64,000 bases of DNA from Dehalococcoidia bacterium. GTDB taxonomy: Bacteria > Chloroflexota > Dehalococcoidia > UBA2979. A model generated the notes under the pieces. That model did no database searches and was not told the origin of the DNA. It saw only the letters and a list, made by a program, of their open reading frames with translations. How positions within the stretch are numbered: position 1 is the first letter of the stretch; each line of letters begins with the position of its first letter. Location: contig OZ219871.1 of NCBI GenBank assembly GCA_964291495.2, positions 1,024,001 to 1,088,000 on the forward strand, given 5' to 3'. The translations under genes were made by a program, and so were the position numbers. Positions 27,168 through 40,888 of the stretch are shown one piece after another.

Positions 27168-27280
27168 CGCAAGCCATCTTCCCACGCCCGCGCCTCGGCG
27201 GGCCATCGAGCGCGCGGTTGCTCCGGCGTTGCCGCCGAACGGGGGCGTCGTGCATCGTGGGCCACGGTTCGGGGGTGCAC

Positions 27281-27919
27281 ATGACGAGCGATAGAGCCAG
27301 TACGGAGCGGATCCAGCGGGTCTACGCCTCCAGCGACTCGGCCGAGCTGACCAGCGAGTACAACCGCTGGGCGGGGGAGTATGACGCGGACCTCGAGGCG
27401 CTCGGGTACAGCGCGCCGAGGGCCGGGGCCGAGCTGCTGGCGACGTACGTGGCGGACAAGCGGGCGCGGGTGCTCGACGCCGGAGCCGGCACGGGGATGG
27501 TCGGCGAGGAGCTGGCCCGCGCCGGCTTCGAGCGCATCACAGCGCTCGACATGTCGCCGGGAATGCTGGCCCAGGCAGAGCAGAAGGCGGTCTACGAGGC
27601 GCTCGTGGTCGGGGAGCTGGGGAAGCCGCTGCCCTTCGAGACGGGCGAGTTCGCCGGCGTGACGTGCATCGGCGTGCTGACGTTCGGCCACGCTCGGCCG
27701 GAGGCGCTGGACGAGCTGGTCCGGGTCACGGCAGCGGGCGGGGCGGTCGTGTTCTCGATGCGCACGGACTACTACACCGAGGGCGGGTTCGACGTCAGGC
27801 AGACCGCGCTCGAAGCGGCCGGGAAGTGGCGCCTGCTCGAACGCGGCGAGCCGTTCCAGGCGATGCCGGACGGCGAGCCCGACATCTGGCACGAGATGTG
27901 GGCCTACGAGGTGCTGTAG
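27281..27919 (+). CDS. Class I SAM-dependent methyltransferase
   Basis: YNRWAGEYDADL, VLDAGAGTG, DMSPGML. Confidence 0.85.
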   Translation: MTSDRASTERIQRVYASSDSAELTSEYNRWAGEYDADLEALGYSAPRAGAELLATYVADKRARVLDAGAGTGMVGEELARAGFERITALDMSPGMLAQAEQKAVYEALVVGELGKPLPFETGEFAGVTCIGVLTFGHARPEALDELVRVTAAGGAVVFSMRTDYYTEGGFDVRQTALEAAGKWRLLERGEPFQAMPDGEPDIWHEMWAYEVL

Positions 27920-27989
27920 CAGCGCTGATAGACGCTCGCACGCATCGGCGCTAACGTGGTTCGTCGCGAAGCGCGACGAAGGAGCAACG

Positions 27990-28259
27990 GTGGCGCACTC
28001 GAACCAGGCGAAGAAGCGGATCCGCCAGAACGAGCGGCGCGCCGCGCGCAACCGCCCGCTGCGCACCCGCGCCTCGCGCCGCGTGCGCGACGCCCGCGAG
28101 GCGATCATGGACGGCGATCCGGACGCCGCGCTCTACGTGCGCCGCGCCCAGTCCGCCCTCGACAGCGCCGCGAGGCGCAACGTGATCCACCGCAACGCCG
28201 CCGCGCGGCGCAAGAGCCGCCTCGCCGCGCAGCTCAAGGCCGCGCAGATCGCGGACTGA
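27990..28259 (+). CDS. rpsT: 30S ribosomal protein S20
   Basis: AKKRIRQNERRAARN...IHRNAAARRKSRL; AGGAG RBS. Confidence 0.95.
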   Translation: MAHSNQAKKRIRQNERRAARNRPLRTRASRRVRDAREAIMDGDPDAALYVRRAQSALDSAARRNVIHRNAAARRKSRLAAQLKAAQIAD

Positions 28260-28405
28260 GCCTCGAGGCGGGCCTCGCGCCCCCGTTCCAGCAGAAGCCG
28301 TATACTGAGTCGGCCCCGATTCCGGCCCCACACCACAAGGCCGCATCGCGAGCGCGACCGACGCGCCGGGGCCGAAGGCATCGGGCGTGAGCAGAGGAGG
28401 CACCA

Positions 28406-28852
28406 GTGCCAAGCGACCGTGAGCTGACCTGCCGCGACTGCGGCGCGAGCTTCGTCTTCACCGCCGGCGAGCAGGAGTTCTACGCCAGCAAGGGCCTGCA
28501 GCACGACCCCGTGCGCTGCCCCGCCTGCCGCGCCAACCGCAAGGCGATGCGCCCCGAGGACCGCGAGCTCGCCCCCAGCTACGGCACATACGTCTCCTGG
28601 GGCGGCCGCACGCCTCGCCAGCTCCACGTCGCCACCTGCGCCAAGTGCCAGCAGATGACCGAGGTGCCGTTCCTGCCTCGAGGGGACCGGCCCGTCTTCT
28701 GCTCCGGCTGCTACAACTCCGTCCGCGAGGAGCAGGAGGCGGAGGAGGAAGCCGCCGCCGCGCGCCTCGCCGCCCAGATCTCCGGCAGCGGCCACCAGTC
28801 CGAGCGCCCCGAGGGCGCCGGACCGGCCTCCACGATCTCGCTCAACTCGTAG
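28406..28852 (+). CDS. Double zinc-ribbon protein (zf-trcl + CxxC-x17-CxxC)
   Basis: LTCRDCGASFVFTAGEQEFY..PVRCPAC; CAKC..VPFLPRGDRPVFCSGC; GAGGAGG RBS. Confidence 0.88.
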   Translation: MPSDRELTCRDCGASFVFTAGEQEFYASKGLQHDPVRCPACRANRKAMRPEDRELAPSYGTYVSWGGRTPRQLHVATCAKCQQMTEVPFLPRGDRPVFCSGCYNSVREEQEAEEEAAAARLAAQISGSGHQSERPEGAGPASTISLNS

Positions 28853-28872
28853 CCCGCGCGCGCTGGCAACTC

Positions 28873-29110
28873 GCCCCTCCGGCCCCCTCTCCCCGAGGGA
28901 GAGGGCGGGGGTGAGGGAGGCGCACGCCCGCGCGCCCTCGAACGCAGCGAGGGCGCACCGAACCCCCGACGCCGGATTCGGCTCCCTCTCCCTCGCGGGA
29001 GAGGGCGGGGGTGAGGGGGCGTCGCGCGGCAGCGCGGCCAACGAGGGCGCAACGCAGCCCCGGAAGGGCGGACCCTCCCTCACCCTGACCCTCTCCCTCG
29101 GGGAGAGGAG
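28873..29110. repeat. Three copies of the CCCTCTCCC-N4-GGGAGAGGG-GGGGTGAGGG palindromic module
   Basis: Copies near 28873-28918 and 28984-29020; inverted copy near 29076-29110. Confidence 0.85.
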
Positions 29111-29174
29111 ACCGGAGGGCCGTGCGCCGCGCGCCGTTGATCGCCGCGCGATCGCGGCCATAGACTCGACAGAC

Positions 29175-29485
29175 AGGCTGAGACGGAGACAGTAGCCCGC
29201 CGCAGCCAGCTGCCAAGCGAGTCCGGGACGGTGCGAGCCGGACGCAGCCGCGACGGGTGAAGATCACTCCCGAGCCGCCGACCGAACGCGCGGGCGCCTC
29301 GAAGGCATCGAGGACCGGCGCCAGTAGGCTCGGCCGGAGCGCCCACCGTTAGCAGGGGCAGCGCCCTCCGGTTCGCCGGGCGGCGCGTGAAGCGGCGTCG
29401 CCTGCCGGCAGCGGGCCGGACGCGACGCAACGCGGGTGGTACCGCGGGCAACCACGCCCGTCCCGCAGAGGGGCGGGCGTTTTGA
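29175..29485 (+). promoter_or_regulatory. T-box riboswitch (Ile specifier) with intrinsic terminator
   Basis: AGCGAG and GGTGCGAG stem I motifs; GAAG-ATC specifier (29263-65); AGTA and CCGTTA boxes; T-box AACGCGGGTGGTACCGCG (~29429-46); terminator ACGCCCGTCCC..GGGCGGGCGTTTT; upstream of ileS. Confidence 0.93.
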
Positions 29486-29524
29486 CGTCCACATGAAGAG
29501 CGCGGCAGCGCGAGGAGGCCAGCG

Positions 29525-32821
<3,297 letters not shown>

Positions 32822-32822
<1 letters not shown>

Positions 32823-33934
32823 TGGCCGATCCGGCGGACCGGCGCACGCTCGTCTGGTGCACGGGCATCAGCGGCTCGCAGCGCACCGACTACGTCAACG
32901 AGGCCGCCGAGGCGATCCGCGCCGAGGGCCGCAGCTGCCTGGTGATCGACATCGGCGATCTGCTGGAGCAGGTGCCGGAGCACCTCAAGGTCGGCACCAG
33001 CCGCACCGAGCTGCTCGACGGCAACGAGGACGTGCTGCGGCTGCACCGGTCCTACGCGCTGCAGAACATGCTGCGCATGATCGAGGAGACCGAGGCCGAC
33101 GTGGTGCTGGTCTCCACTCACGCCTGCTTCCTGCGCAACGGGCGGCTGATGCCCGGTCTCGACATGCACTTCATCAAAGAGCACTTCGCCGGGCGCATCT
33201 CCGCCTTCGTGACGGTGGTGCTCGACACGCCGGACGTCTGGCGGGCGCTCGCGCAGCGGCCGGAGTGGACGGGCCGCCTGCGCCTCGCCGAGGTCGCGCT
33301 CTGGCGCGACTTCGAGGTGGCGCTCACGCGCATGCTCGCCGAGTACGAGGGCGCGCCCTTCTACCTTCTGGCCCGCCGCGATCCCGCCGAGGGCCTGGCG
33401 CGGCTGACGCGGCGCCCGCCCGCGCCCAGCGCCTACCTCAGCTACCCGATCACCGCGATCCTGCAGTCCGGCAGCACCGAGCTGATCGAGGGCGCCCGCA
33501 CGCTGGCCGCGCGGCTGCGCGACGAGGCCGGCCTCGTCGTCTTCGACCCGCTGTCGATCGAGGACCTGCCGCAGACGAAGGAGGGCGTGTCGCCGCACGA
33601 CGCAGGCGAGGAGGACGAGAGTGGGACACCCTCGATCAGCGCCGAGATGGAGGACGAGGCGGAGCCGTACCTCGTGAGCCACACCGTGGCCACGGACCTG
33701 CAGCTGATCGACCAGGCGGACATGGTGGTCGTCTACTACCCGACGGACAAGGTGTCGCCGGGCGTGTTCACGGAGATGTCGCACGCCCGCGACCGCCGCA
33801 AGCCGCTCTACCTCTGCGAGTTCCCCGGCGCGCCGGAGCGCGTCAGCCCCTTCCTCGGCCTCTTCCACACCGCCTCGTTCGAGGCGGTCGACGGCCTGAT
33901 CGCGCACCTGCTGAGCGAGCAGCAGGCGGGCTGA
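32822..33934 (+). CDS. P-loop nucleotide-kinase-like + nucleoside 2-deoxyribosyltransferase-like fusion
   Basis: ATG overlaps the ileS TGA; WCTGISGSQRT (degenerate P-loop), VLVSTHACF; AYLSYPIT...DLQLIDQADMVV...SPGVFTEM. Confidence 0.7.
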
Positions 33935-33957
33935 GCCGGGAACGAGGCAGGCGGCCG

Positions 33958-34839
33958 TCAGCCGTCGCGGCGGCGCCGCGAGGCCTCGGCGGCGACTTCC
34001 GCGCCGAAGAGCAGGATCAGCGAGCTGACGAAGACCCAGGCGAGCAGCGCGATCACGCCGCCGAGCGAACCGTAGACGATGTCGTAGGCGCCGAAGTTCT
34101 CGAAGTAGATCGCGAAGCCGAACGTGCCGACCTGCAACCCGATGGTCGCGATCAGCGCCCCCGGCCAGAGATCGACCGCACGCAGCGAGCGGTTGGGCAA
34201 GAAGAGGTAGAGCAGCAGCAGCCCCACGAAGCTGAGCAGCGCCGGGATGGCGATCGCGCCGACCTCCCAGAACAGCGTCACCTCACCGAGGAGCGTCGTC
34301 TCGCGGGCAAGCGCCTCAAAGAACCGCCAGACGGTGGAGAGCAAGAGCGAGGCGATGAAAAGCAGGCCGAGCACCGGCAGCACCGTCATGTCGACCAGCC
34401 AGCCGATCAGCAACGGACGCCGGTGCTCGGTACGGAAGATCGCGTTGAGCGAGCCTCGCAACGCGCGAGCGAGGGCGGTGGCCGCGATCAGCGTGCCAAT
34501 CAGGGCGAAGACGCCCATGCTCGCGCCTCGACCCGCGACGTTGCTGACCGCCTCGGAGATCGTCGGCGCCTCGACCGGGAGCGCCGCCACGATCTCGGTC
34601 AACACGCGCTGTTGCAGCTCGTCGTCGCGCAGCACCACGCCGAAGATCGCGAGGGCGAGCAGCAGGAACGGGAAGATCGAGAGCAGCGCGAAGTAGGAGA
34701 TCGCAGCCGCCATCAGGTGCACGCGGTTCCCGCCGAAGTTGAAGGCGGCATGCCAGAGCACGAGCACCCAGTGCACGACCGACGCCGGGAGGCGAACGAA
34801 CCACCGCGCCAGCGCCCGAGCGATCGTCTCGACGGACAC
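33958..34839 (-). CDS. YihY/virulence factor BrkB family membrane protein
   Basis: AAAISYFALLSIFP, LYLFLPN, WPGA, YGSLGGVIALLAW, LFGAE. Confidence 0.9.
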   Translation of the reverse strand: MSVETIARALARWFVRLPASVVHWVLVLWHAAFNFGGNRVHLMAAAISYFALLSIFPFLLLALAIFGVVLRDDELQQRVLTEIVAALPVEAPTISEAVSNVAGRGASMGVFALIGTLIAATALARALRGSLNAIFRTEHRRPLLIGWLVDMTVLPVLGLLFIASLLLSTVWRFFEALARETTLLGEVTLFWEVGAIAIPALLSFVGLLLLYLFLPNRSLRAVDLWPGALIATIGLQVGTFGFAIYFENFGAYDIVYGSLGGVIALLAWVFVSSLILLFGAEVAAEASRRRRDG

Positions 34840-34939
34840 GTGCCCTCCCCTCACCGGCCGGGCGCCACACGAGCCTCGACCCTCGCCGCTCGTGCGGCGA
34901 TCCTATGATCGGAGGGCGTGGCGAGGCCAAGCGAGGAGC

Positions 34940-36130
34940 ATGGTGAGCGAAAGCGGCAGCGAGGGCACGCGCACGGAGGGCGGCGGCGAAGCGCGCGAGC
35001 CGCTGCATCGCCGCGTCGTGCTCAAGGTCGGCACGAACCTGCTGACCGGGGGCGGCGATCACCTCGACCGCGCGATCATGACGACCATCGCCGACCAGCT
35101 CGCCGAGGCGCACGCCGCCGGCTGCGAGATCGTGTTCGTGACCTCGGGAGCAATCGCCGCCGGCCGCGATCGCCTCGCCGCGGCGCGCGGCGGTGACGAG
35201 GCTATCCGGCTGCCGCACCACCTCACGAGGAAGCAGGTGCTGGCCGCGCTCGGCCAGGGACCGCTGCTCTCGCTCTGGGACGAGCTGCTTGCCGCGCGCT
35301 CGATCACCATCGCGCAGGCGCTGCTCGGAGGCTCCGACCTCGCCGACCGGCAGGGCTACCTCAACGCGCGCAACACGCTGCTCGCGCTGCTCGACCTCGG
35401 CGTCGTACCGGTCGTCAACGAGAACGACGTCGTCTCCGTGGAGGAGATCCAGGACGCCACGATCGGCGACAACGACAGTCTCTCCGCGCACGTCGCCAAC
35501 CTCGTCGACGCCGACCTGCTGCTGATGCTGACCGACATCGCCGGCCTCTACAGCGCGGACCCGACACGCGACTCCGGAGCGCGGCTAATCGAGCGCGTCG
35601 ACCACATCGGCGCGGCGATCGAGGCGGCCGCGCGGGGGCCGGGCGCGCGCGGCCGCGGTGGGATGCGCACCAAGGTGGAGGCCGCGCGCCTGGCGACGCA
35701 GTCTGGTGCGCACGCGGTGATCGCCGACGGCCGCCGCCCGCACGTCGTGCGCGACGCCGTGCGCGGCGAGTCGGTCGGTACCTGGTTCGCACCGACCACG
35801 GACCGCCTCGAGAGCCGCCGCCGCTACCTGCTCTCCCCGCTGCACGTGCAGGGCTCGATCACGATCGACGAGGGCGCCGTGCGCGCGCTGGTGCGGCACG
35901 GGCGCTCGCTGCTGCCGGCCGGCATCGTCGCCACCAGCGGCGAGTTCGAGCGCGGCCACGTCGTCCGCATCGAGAGCCGCGAGGGCGAGCACATCGCGAG
36001 CGGCCGCGCGAACTACGGCGCCGAGGCGCTGCGCCGCATCAGCGGCGTGCACTCGGACCGCATCGAGGAGCTGCTCGGCTACGACTACGGAGACGAGGCC
36101 GTGCATCGCGACAACCTGGTGCTGCTGTAG
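34940..36130 (+). CDS. proB: Glutamate 5-kinase
   Basis: VLKVGT, TSGAIAAG, NENDVV, GDNDSL, GGMRTK, PUA domain ending HRDNLV. Confidence 0.95.
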   Translation: MVSESGSEGTRTEGGGEAREPLHRRVVLKVGTNLLTGGGDHLDRAIMTTIADQLAEAHAAGCEIVFVTSGAIAAGRDRLAAARGGDEAIRLPHHLTRKQVLAALGQGPLLSLWDELLAARSITIAQALLGGSDLADRQGYLNARNTLLALLDLGVVPVVNENDVVSVEEIQDATIGDNDSLSAHVANLVDADLLLMLTDIAGLYSADPTRDSGARLIERVDHIGAAIEAAARGPGARGRGGMRTKVEAARLATQSGAHAVIADGRRPHVVRDAVRGESVGTWFAPTTDRLESRRRYLLSPLHVQGSITIDEGAVRALVRHGRSLLPAGIVATSGEFERGHVVRIESREGEHIASGRANYGAEALRRISGVHSDRIEELLGYDYGDEAVHRDNLVLL

Positions 36131-36397
36131 CGGTCGGACCCCCTCCGTCGTTGCGGATGCGGGCTCCGCGTACGAGGGCTCGCCGGGCGGCGCCCGCCGA
36201 TCAACTCCGTTCCGGGCAACAGAGTGCCGCGGACTGACCGTCCGACCCGCACGAGCGGGGAGCGGCAGACTACGCACGCTATGCTCTCTGCCCACCCCCC
36301 GAAGTCGTGCGCGTGCCGCCGGTGAACCACGTGGCCGGCAGCGCCGTCCGGCGTTACCGGCAGCCCGCGAGCAACTGGAGAGTGATCGGAGGCCATC

Positions 36398-37483
36398 GTG
36401 ATGCTGATGCAAAGAGGGAAGACCGTCGTCATTGGGCTGCTCGTGGCCGTGATCGCGCTCGGCGCGGGGATCGCGGCCGCGCACGACAGCGGCACAGAGG
36501 TGCGAATCACTGCGATGCGCCTCGAAAACGGTCGGATCGAGGTAGCGCTCCAGGAACGCGAGGGCAGCGGTTGGGGCGAGCACATCCTGCCCACGCGCCG
36601 GTTCTTCCCGGCGAGCGGGACGACGGGCCGGTGGCTGAGTTCATCGCCAATCACCGTCGGTATGGTCGAAACGCCAGACCGTGCAGTCACGAACCTCGAG
36701 TCGGCGACCTACCTGACCGAGAACGCCAGCGCAGGCAGCGCCACGCTCGAGGACGGCGAGTTCCGCGAGCAGGCCGCGCCGGGTTCGGCAACCGAAGTCG
36801 TGATCCGGCTCGGCAAGTGGTCGCTCGGCGACATCGACGGGCAGGGCGCCCTCGATGCAGTTGCGATCACCGTCGAGGATCCGGGCGGAAGCGGCACGTT
36901 CCGTTACCTGCACGCGCTGATCAACGAGGATGCCGACCTGCGGGACGCCGGCGTTGCCTTCCTCGGCGACCGCATCCGGATCGAGGGCGTCTCCGTCCAC
37001 GCGGGCCTCATCACCGTCGCCATGCTCGACCGCAGGCCGGACGAGCCCTACGCCGCGCCGCCCACGGTCCCCGTCATCCGCCAGTTCCGTCTGCACGGCG
37101 CCGAACTGACCGAGGTGAGCAACAGTGCCGGCGACAGCGTGTTCGCGTGCGACTCGACGCTGCCGGAGGCCGCGCTGGTCATCGTGCGCTCGCCGGAAAG
37201 CGGGGCCACGGTCGCGAGTGGGTTCGAGGTAAGCGGCTGCTCGCGGACGAACGAGTCGAACGTCGTCTGGCGGCTGCTCGATCGCAGCGGCGCCGTGCTG
37301 ACCGAGGGGTTCACCAGCGGCGGCGGCTTCGACGGCCCGGGCGAGTTCAGCTTCACCGTCGAGTACGAGAGCGCCGAGCGACAGCTCGGGCACCTCGAGG
37401 TGTTCGAGGTCGACGAGTCCGGGGGCCAGGGCTTCCCGCCGCCGCGCGACGTCGTGCCGCTGTGGCTTGAGGCGGCGCCCTGA
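36398..37483 (+). CDS. Secreted multidomain protein with C-terminal Gmad2-like Ig domain
   Basis: Signal peptide (GIAAA-HD); C-terminal VRSPESGATVASGFEVSG..ESNVVWRL..GFT..GEF. Confidence 0.7.
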   Translation: MMLMQRGKTVVIGLLVAVIALGAGIAAAHDSGTEVRITAMRLENGRIEVALQEREGSGWGEHILPTRRFFPASGTTGRWLSSSPITVGMVETPDRAVTNLESATYLTENASAGSATLEDGEFREQAAPGSATEVVIRLGKWSLGDIDGQGALDAVAITVEDPGGSGTFRYLHALINEDADLRDAGVAFLGDRIRIEGVSVHAGLITVAMLDRRPDEPYAAPPTVPVIRQFRLHGAELTEVSNSAGDSVFACDSTLPEAALVIVRSPESGATVASGFEVSGCSRTNESNVVWRLLDRSGAVLTEGFTSGGGFDGPGEFSFTVEYESAERQLGHLEVFEVDESGGQGFPPPRDVVPLWLEAAP

Positions 37484-37526
37484 GCCGGGGGAGACGGTCC
37501 GGCCAGCGGCGGATAGACTCGTTGGC

Positions 37527-38798
37527 ATGACGACGACAACACAATCCGAGGCAGTCGAGCGCGCCACCCGCGTGCGCGAGGCGAGCCGCCGCCTTGGCAC
37601 CACCCCCAGCGCCCGCAGGGACGCGGCCCTCGAGGCGATCGCCGACGCCCTCGAGGCCCAGACCGACGCGATCCTCGCGATCAACGGACCGGAGCTCGAG
37701 CGCGCGGAGGCGAACGGCGTCGCCGGATCGTTCCTCGACCGCATGGCGCTCACGCCGGAGCGCGTCGCCGGAATCGCCGGGGACGTGCGCGCCGTCGCCG
37801 CGCTGCCCGACCCGGTCGGCCAGATCGAGGAGCTGCGGACTCGCCCCAACGGCCTGCAGGTGGGCCGGATGCGCGTGCCGCTCGGCGTGATCGGCGCGAT
37901 CTACGAGTCGCGTCCCAACGTGACGATCGACATCGCCTCGGTCTGCCTCAAGTCCGGCAACGCCGTGCTGCTGCGCTCCGGCAGCGACGCGCACGCAAGC
38001 TCCGGGGCACTGGCCTCGATCGCCGCGCGCGCCGCCGAGGAGGCGGGCCTGCCCGCGCACTGCGTCGAGTTCATCCAGTCCACCGACCGCGCCGAGGTGG
38101 GCGAGATGCTGCGCGCCCATGAGCAGATCGACCTGATGATTCCTCGCGGTGGGTCCGACCTGATCCGCCGCGTCCGCGACGAGGCCACGATGCCCGTCGT
38201 CGCGGGCGGCATTGGCGTCTGCCACACCTACATCGACGCCGACGCCGACCTCGAGATGGCCGAGCCGATCGTCGTCAACGCGAAGACGCAGCGGCCCTCG
38301 GTCTGCAACGCGATGGACACGCTGCTCGTGCATCGCGACGTCGCGGCGCAGTTCGTGCCGCAGATCGTCCGCGTGCTCGGCGATCGCGGCGTCACCGTGC
38401 ACGCCGACGCGCGCGCCGGCGCCCTCGCTGGCGAGGCCCCGAACGCCGTCCCCGTCGCCGAGGAGGACTACGACCGCGAGTGGCTCTCGCTCGACTGCTC
38501 GCTGCGCATCGTCGATTCCCTCGACGACGCGCTCGCGCACATCGAGGAGCACGGCAGCGGGCACTCCGAGGCGATCGTCAGCGACTCGTACGCGGCGGCG
38601 CAGCGCTTCCTGCGCGAGGCGGACGCCTCGGCGGTCTTCGTCAACGCCTCCACCTACTTCAACGACGGCGCGCAGTTCGGCCTCGGCTGCGAGGTCGGCA
38701 TCTCCACGCAGAAGATGCACGCGCGCGGTCCGATGGGGCTGCGCGAGCTGACCTCGTACAAGTGGGTCGTGCTCGGGCGCGGCCAGATCCGCACCTGA
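37527..38798 (+). CDS. proA: Gamma-glutamyl phosphate reductase
   Basis: VPLGVIGAIYESRPNVT, PRGG, SVCNA, HSEAI, NAST, EVGISTQKMHARGPMG. Confidence 0.96.
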   Translation: MTTTTQSEAVERATRVREASRRLGTTPSARRDAALEAIADALEAQTDAILAINGPELERAEANGVAGSFLDRMALTPERVAGIAGDVRAVAALPDPVGQIEELRTRPNGLQVGRMRVPLGVIGAIYESRPNVTIDIASVCLKSGNAVLLRSGSDAHASSGALASIAARAAEEAGLPAHCVEFIQSTDRAEVGEMLRAHEQIDLMIPRGGSDLIRRVRDEATMPVVAGGIGVCHTYIDADADLEMAEPIVVNAKTQRPSVCNAMDTLLVHRDVAAQFVPQIVRVLGDRGVTVHADARAGALAGEAPNAVPVAEEDYDREWLSLDCSLRIVDSLDDALAHIEEHGSGHSEAIVSDSYAAAQRFLREADASAVFVNASTYFNDGAQFGLGCEVGISTQKMHARGPMGLRELTSYKWVVLGRGQIRT

Positions 38799-38834
38799 CG
38801 CCCGCGCTTCATCCGCGTCACCAAGGAGGGTCAG

Positions 38835-39164
38835 ATGGCTGAGTTCCGGTTCACGCGAGAGGCGCGCACTCCGCACTCCGAGTCCTACCGTGTCGACGAC
38901 GGCGAGCACGCGATCGCCCGCGCCGACATCCACCTCACGGCGGCCGGCGCGCACGCCACCCTCGCCGTCCACCAGTCCGTCTCCGACGACACCCTGCACG
39001 ACCTCCTCGAGGCGCTCGACGACGAGATCGTTTCCACGGCCGACCCCTACCGCGAGGACCTGATCGTCACCGTCTGGCGCGGCGAGGAGGTCGGCGTCTT
39101 CGCCGACGACAGCGACGATGAGGACGAAGACGAAGACGAGGATGCCGACGACGACGAGTCGTAG
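38835..39164 (+). CDS. Hypothetical acidic protein
   Basis: AGGAGG RBS; FTREARTPHSESY; D/E-rich tail. Confidence 0.75.
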   Translation: MAEFRFTREARTPHSESYRVDDGEHAIARADIHLTAAGAHATLAVHQSVSDDTLHDLLEALDDEIVSTADPYREDLIVTVWRGEEVGVFADDSDDEDEDEDEDADDDES

Positions 39165-39930
39165 GGCGTCGCTGCCCGCACCCGACCAGATCGAGGCGAT
39201 CCTCTTCGACCTCGACGACACGCTCGTCGACGCGCGCGGTAGCTGGCGCGCCGGCTTCGCCGAGGCGATCGCCGAGCTGCACGCGCGCAGCCCCGTCCTC
39301 CAGCGCCTCGGATCGCCGACGGCAATTTACGACGGCTGGTTCCGCCACTACAGCGAGGACGCGCACCGCGCCGCCGGCTTCGGTGAGTGGCAGGCGCGCT
39401 TCACCATCGAGGCGTTCGAGCGGCTCGTCGCCGAGCACTTGGGCCCGGATCCGGCGCTCACCTCGCGGCTCGTCGCGCGCTACCAGGCGGCCACGCCCGG
39501 ACACCTCGCGATCTTCCCGGACGCCGAGCCGCTGCTCGAACGGCTCGGCGCGCGCTACCCGCTCGGCCTAATCTCGAACGGACCGGGCGAGCTGCAGCGC
39601 CCGAAGATCGAGAAGTTCTCGCTCGAACGCCACTTCGAGGTCGTGCTGGTCTCCGGCGAGTTCGGCGTGCGCAAGCCGGACCCGCGGATCTTCGCGAGCG
39701 CCCTCGAGGCGCTGGACGTCTCGCCGGAGCACGCCGTCTTCATCGGCGACAACCCCACCGACGACGTCGCGGGCGCATGCGCCCTCGGGCTATCGGCAAT
39801 CTGGGTGAACCGCGGCGACTGGCCGGCCCCGGACCCCGGCAATGCAGCCGCGCTGCCCCACGCCGAGGTCCACGAGCTGCGCGAGATACCGGGAGCGCTT
39901 GGCCTCGGAGGCAGCGAGGGCGCGAAGTAG
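39142..39930 (+). CDS. HAD-superfamily hydrolase (YjjG-like); start uncertain
   Basis: FDLDDTL, LISNG, KPDPRIF, FIGDNPTDDVAGA. Confidence 0.88.
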   Translation: MPTTTSRRASLPAPDQIEAILFDLDDTLVDARGSWRAGFAEAIAELHARSPVLQRLGSPTAIYDGWFRHYSEDAHRAAGFGEWQARFTIEAFERLVAEHLGPDPALTSRLVARYQAATPGHLAIFPDAEPLLERLGARYPLGLISNGPGELQRPKIEKFSLERHFEVVLVSGEFGVRKPDPRIFASALEALDVSPEHAVFIGDNPTDDVAGACALGLSAIWVNRGDWPAPDPGNAAALPHAEVHELREIPGALGLGGSEGAK

Positions 39931-39937
39931 GGTTCGC

Positions 39938-40888
39938 TTAGCCGGACTTGCGGCCGACGGCGCGCAGCGCGGCGGCGGCGATCGCCTGCGGGGTCAGCCC
40001 GACGATCTCCAGCACCTCGTGCCAGACGCCGGACTCGCCGTAGCGGTTGTCGATGCCGACGAACTCCATCGGCACGGGCGCGCGCGTAGCCAGCGCCTGC
40101 GCGCACATCGCGCCGAGGCCGGAGTGCATCAGGTGCTCCTCGGCGACGACGATCGCCCCCGTCTCGGCGGCGGCGCGGGTCAGCGCCTCCACGTCCAGCG
40201 GGCGGATCGTCGCCATGTTGAGCACGCGCGCCTCGATGCCCCCCGCCGCCAGCGATTCAGCGGCCTCCAGAGTGCGCTCGACCATCAGCCCGTACGAGAT
40301 GAGCGTGACGTCGCCGCCCTCGCGCAACTGGTCGGCGCGGCCCAGCTCGAAGCGCGCGCCGTCGGTGTAGAGCACCGCGTGCTTCGGGCGGTCCGTGCGG
40401 ATGTAGAACGGGCCGGGCGTGCGGATCGCCGCCTCGATCACCGCCTCCGCCTCGACCACGTCGGCCGGCACGACGACGTTGAAGTTGACGAGCGAGGACA
40501 TCACCGCGATGTCCTCGACAGACTGCGCCGAGGCGCCGTCCTCGCCGACGGAGACGCCGCCGTGGGAGGCGATCATCTTGACGCTGAGGTTCGGCTGCGA
40601 GACGGACATGCGCAGCTGGTCGTAGGCGTGCTCGGCGAAGACGGCGAACGTCGTCGCGACGGCGATGCGGCCCATCGCCGCCATCCCCGCTGCGGCCGAG
40701 ATCATGTTCTGCTCCGCAACGCCGAAGCTGAAGAAGCGCTCCGGAAAGCGGTCTCCGAACAGCCGCGCCGAGGTCGACTTCCCGAGGTCGGCGTCGGCCA
40801 CGACGATGTCGTGGCCCTCCTCGTGCAGCCGGATCAGCGTCGGGCCGGTCGCCTCGCGGGTTGCGGCGGGAGCGGGTGCGGTGGTCAT
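39938..40888 (-). CDS. Transketolase, C-terminal subunit
   Basis: DADLGKST, GVAEQNM, GEDGASAQ, EEHLMHSGLG. Confidence 0.92.
   Translation of the reverse strand: MTTAPAPAATREATGPTLIRLHEEGHDIVVADADLGKSTSARLFGDRFPERFFSFGVAEQNMISAAAGMAAMGRIAVATTFAVFAEHAYDQLRMSVSQPNLSVKMIASHGGVSVGEDGASAQSVEDIAVMSSLVNFNVVVPADVVEAEAVIEAAIRTPGPFYIRTDRPKHAVLYTDGARFELGRADQLREGGDVTLISYGLMVERTLEAAESLAAGGIEARVLNMATIRPLDVEALTRAAAETGAIVVAEEHLMHSGLGAMCAQALATRAPVPMEFVGIDNRYGESGVWHEVLEIVGLTPQAIAAAALRAVGRKSG

Noticed and set aside
28301-28400. Structured leader before the zinc-ribbon gene (TCGGCCCCG/CGGGGCCGA pairing)
   Set aside because: No recognisable riboswitch motif; a 9-bp GC stem is weak evidence at this GC content
39110-39160. 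GACGA(A/G)-type microsatellite
   Set aside because: It simply encodes the Asp/Glu tail of the 109-aa protein
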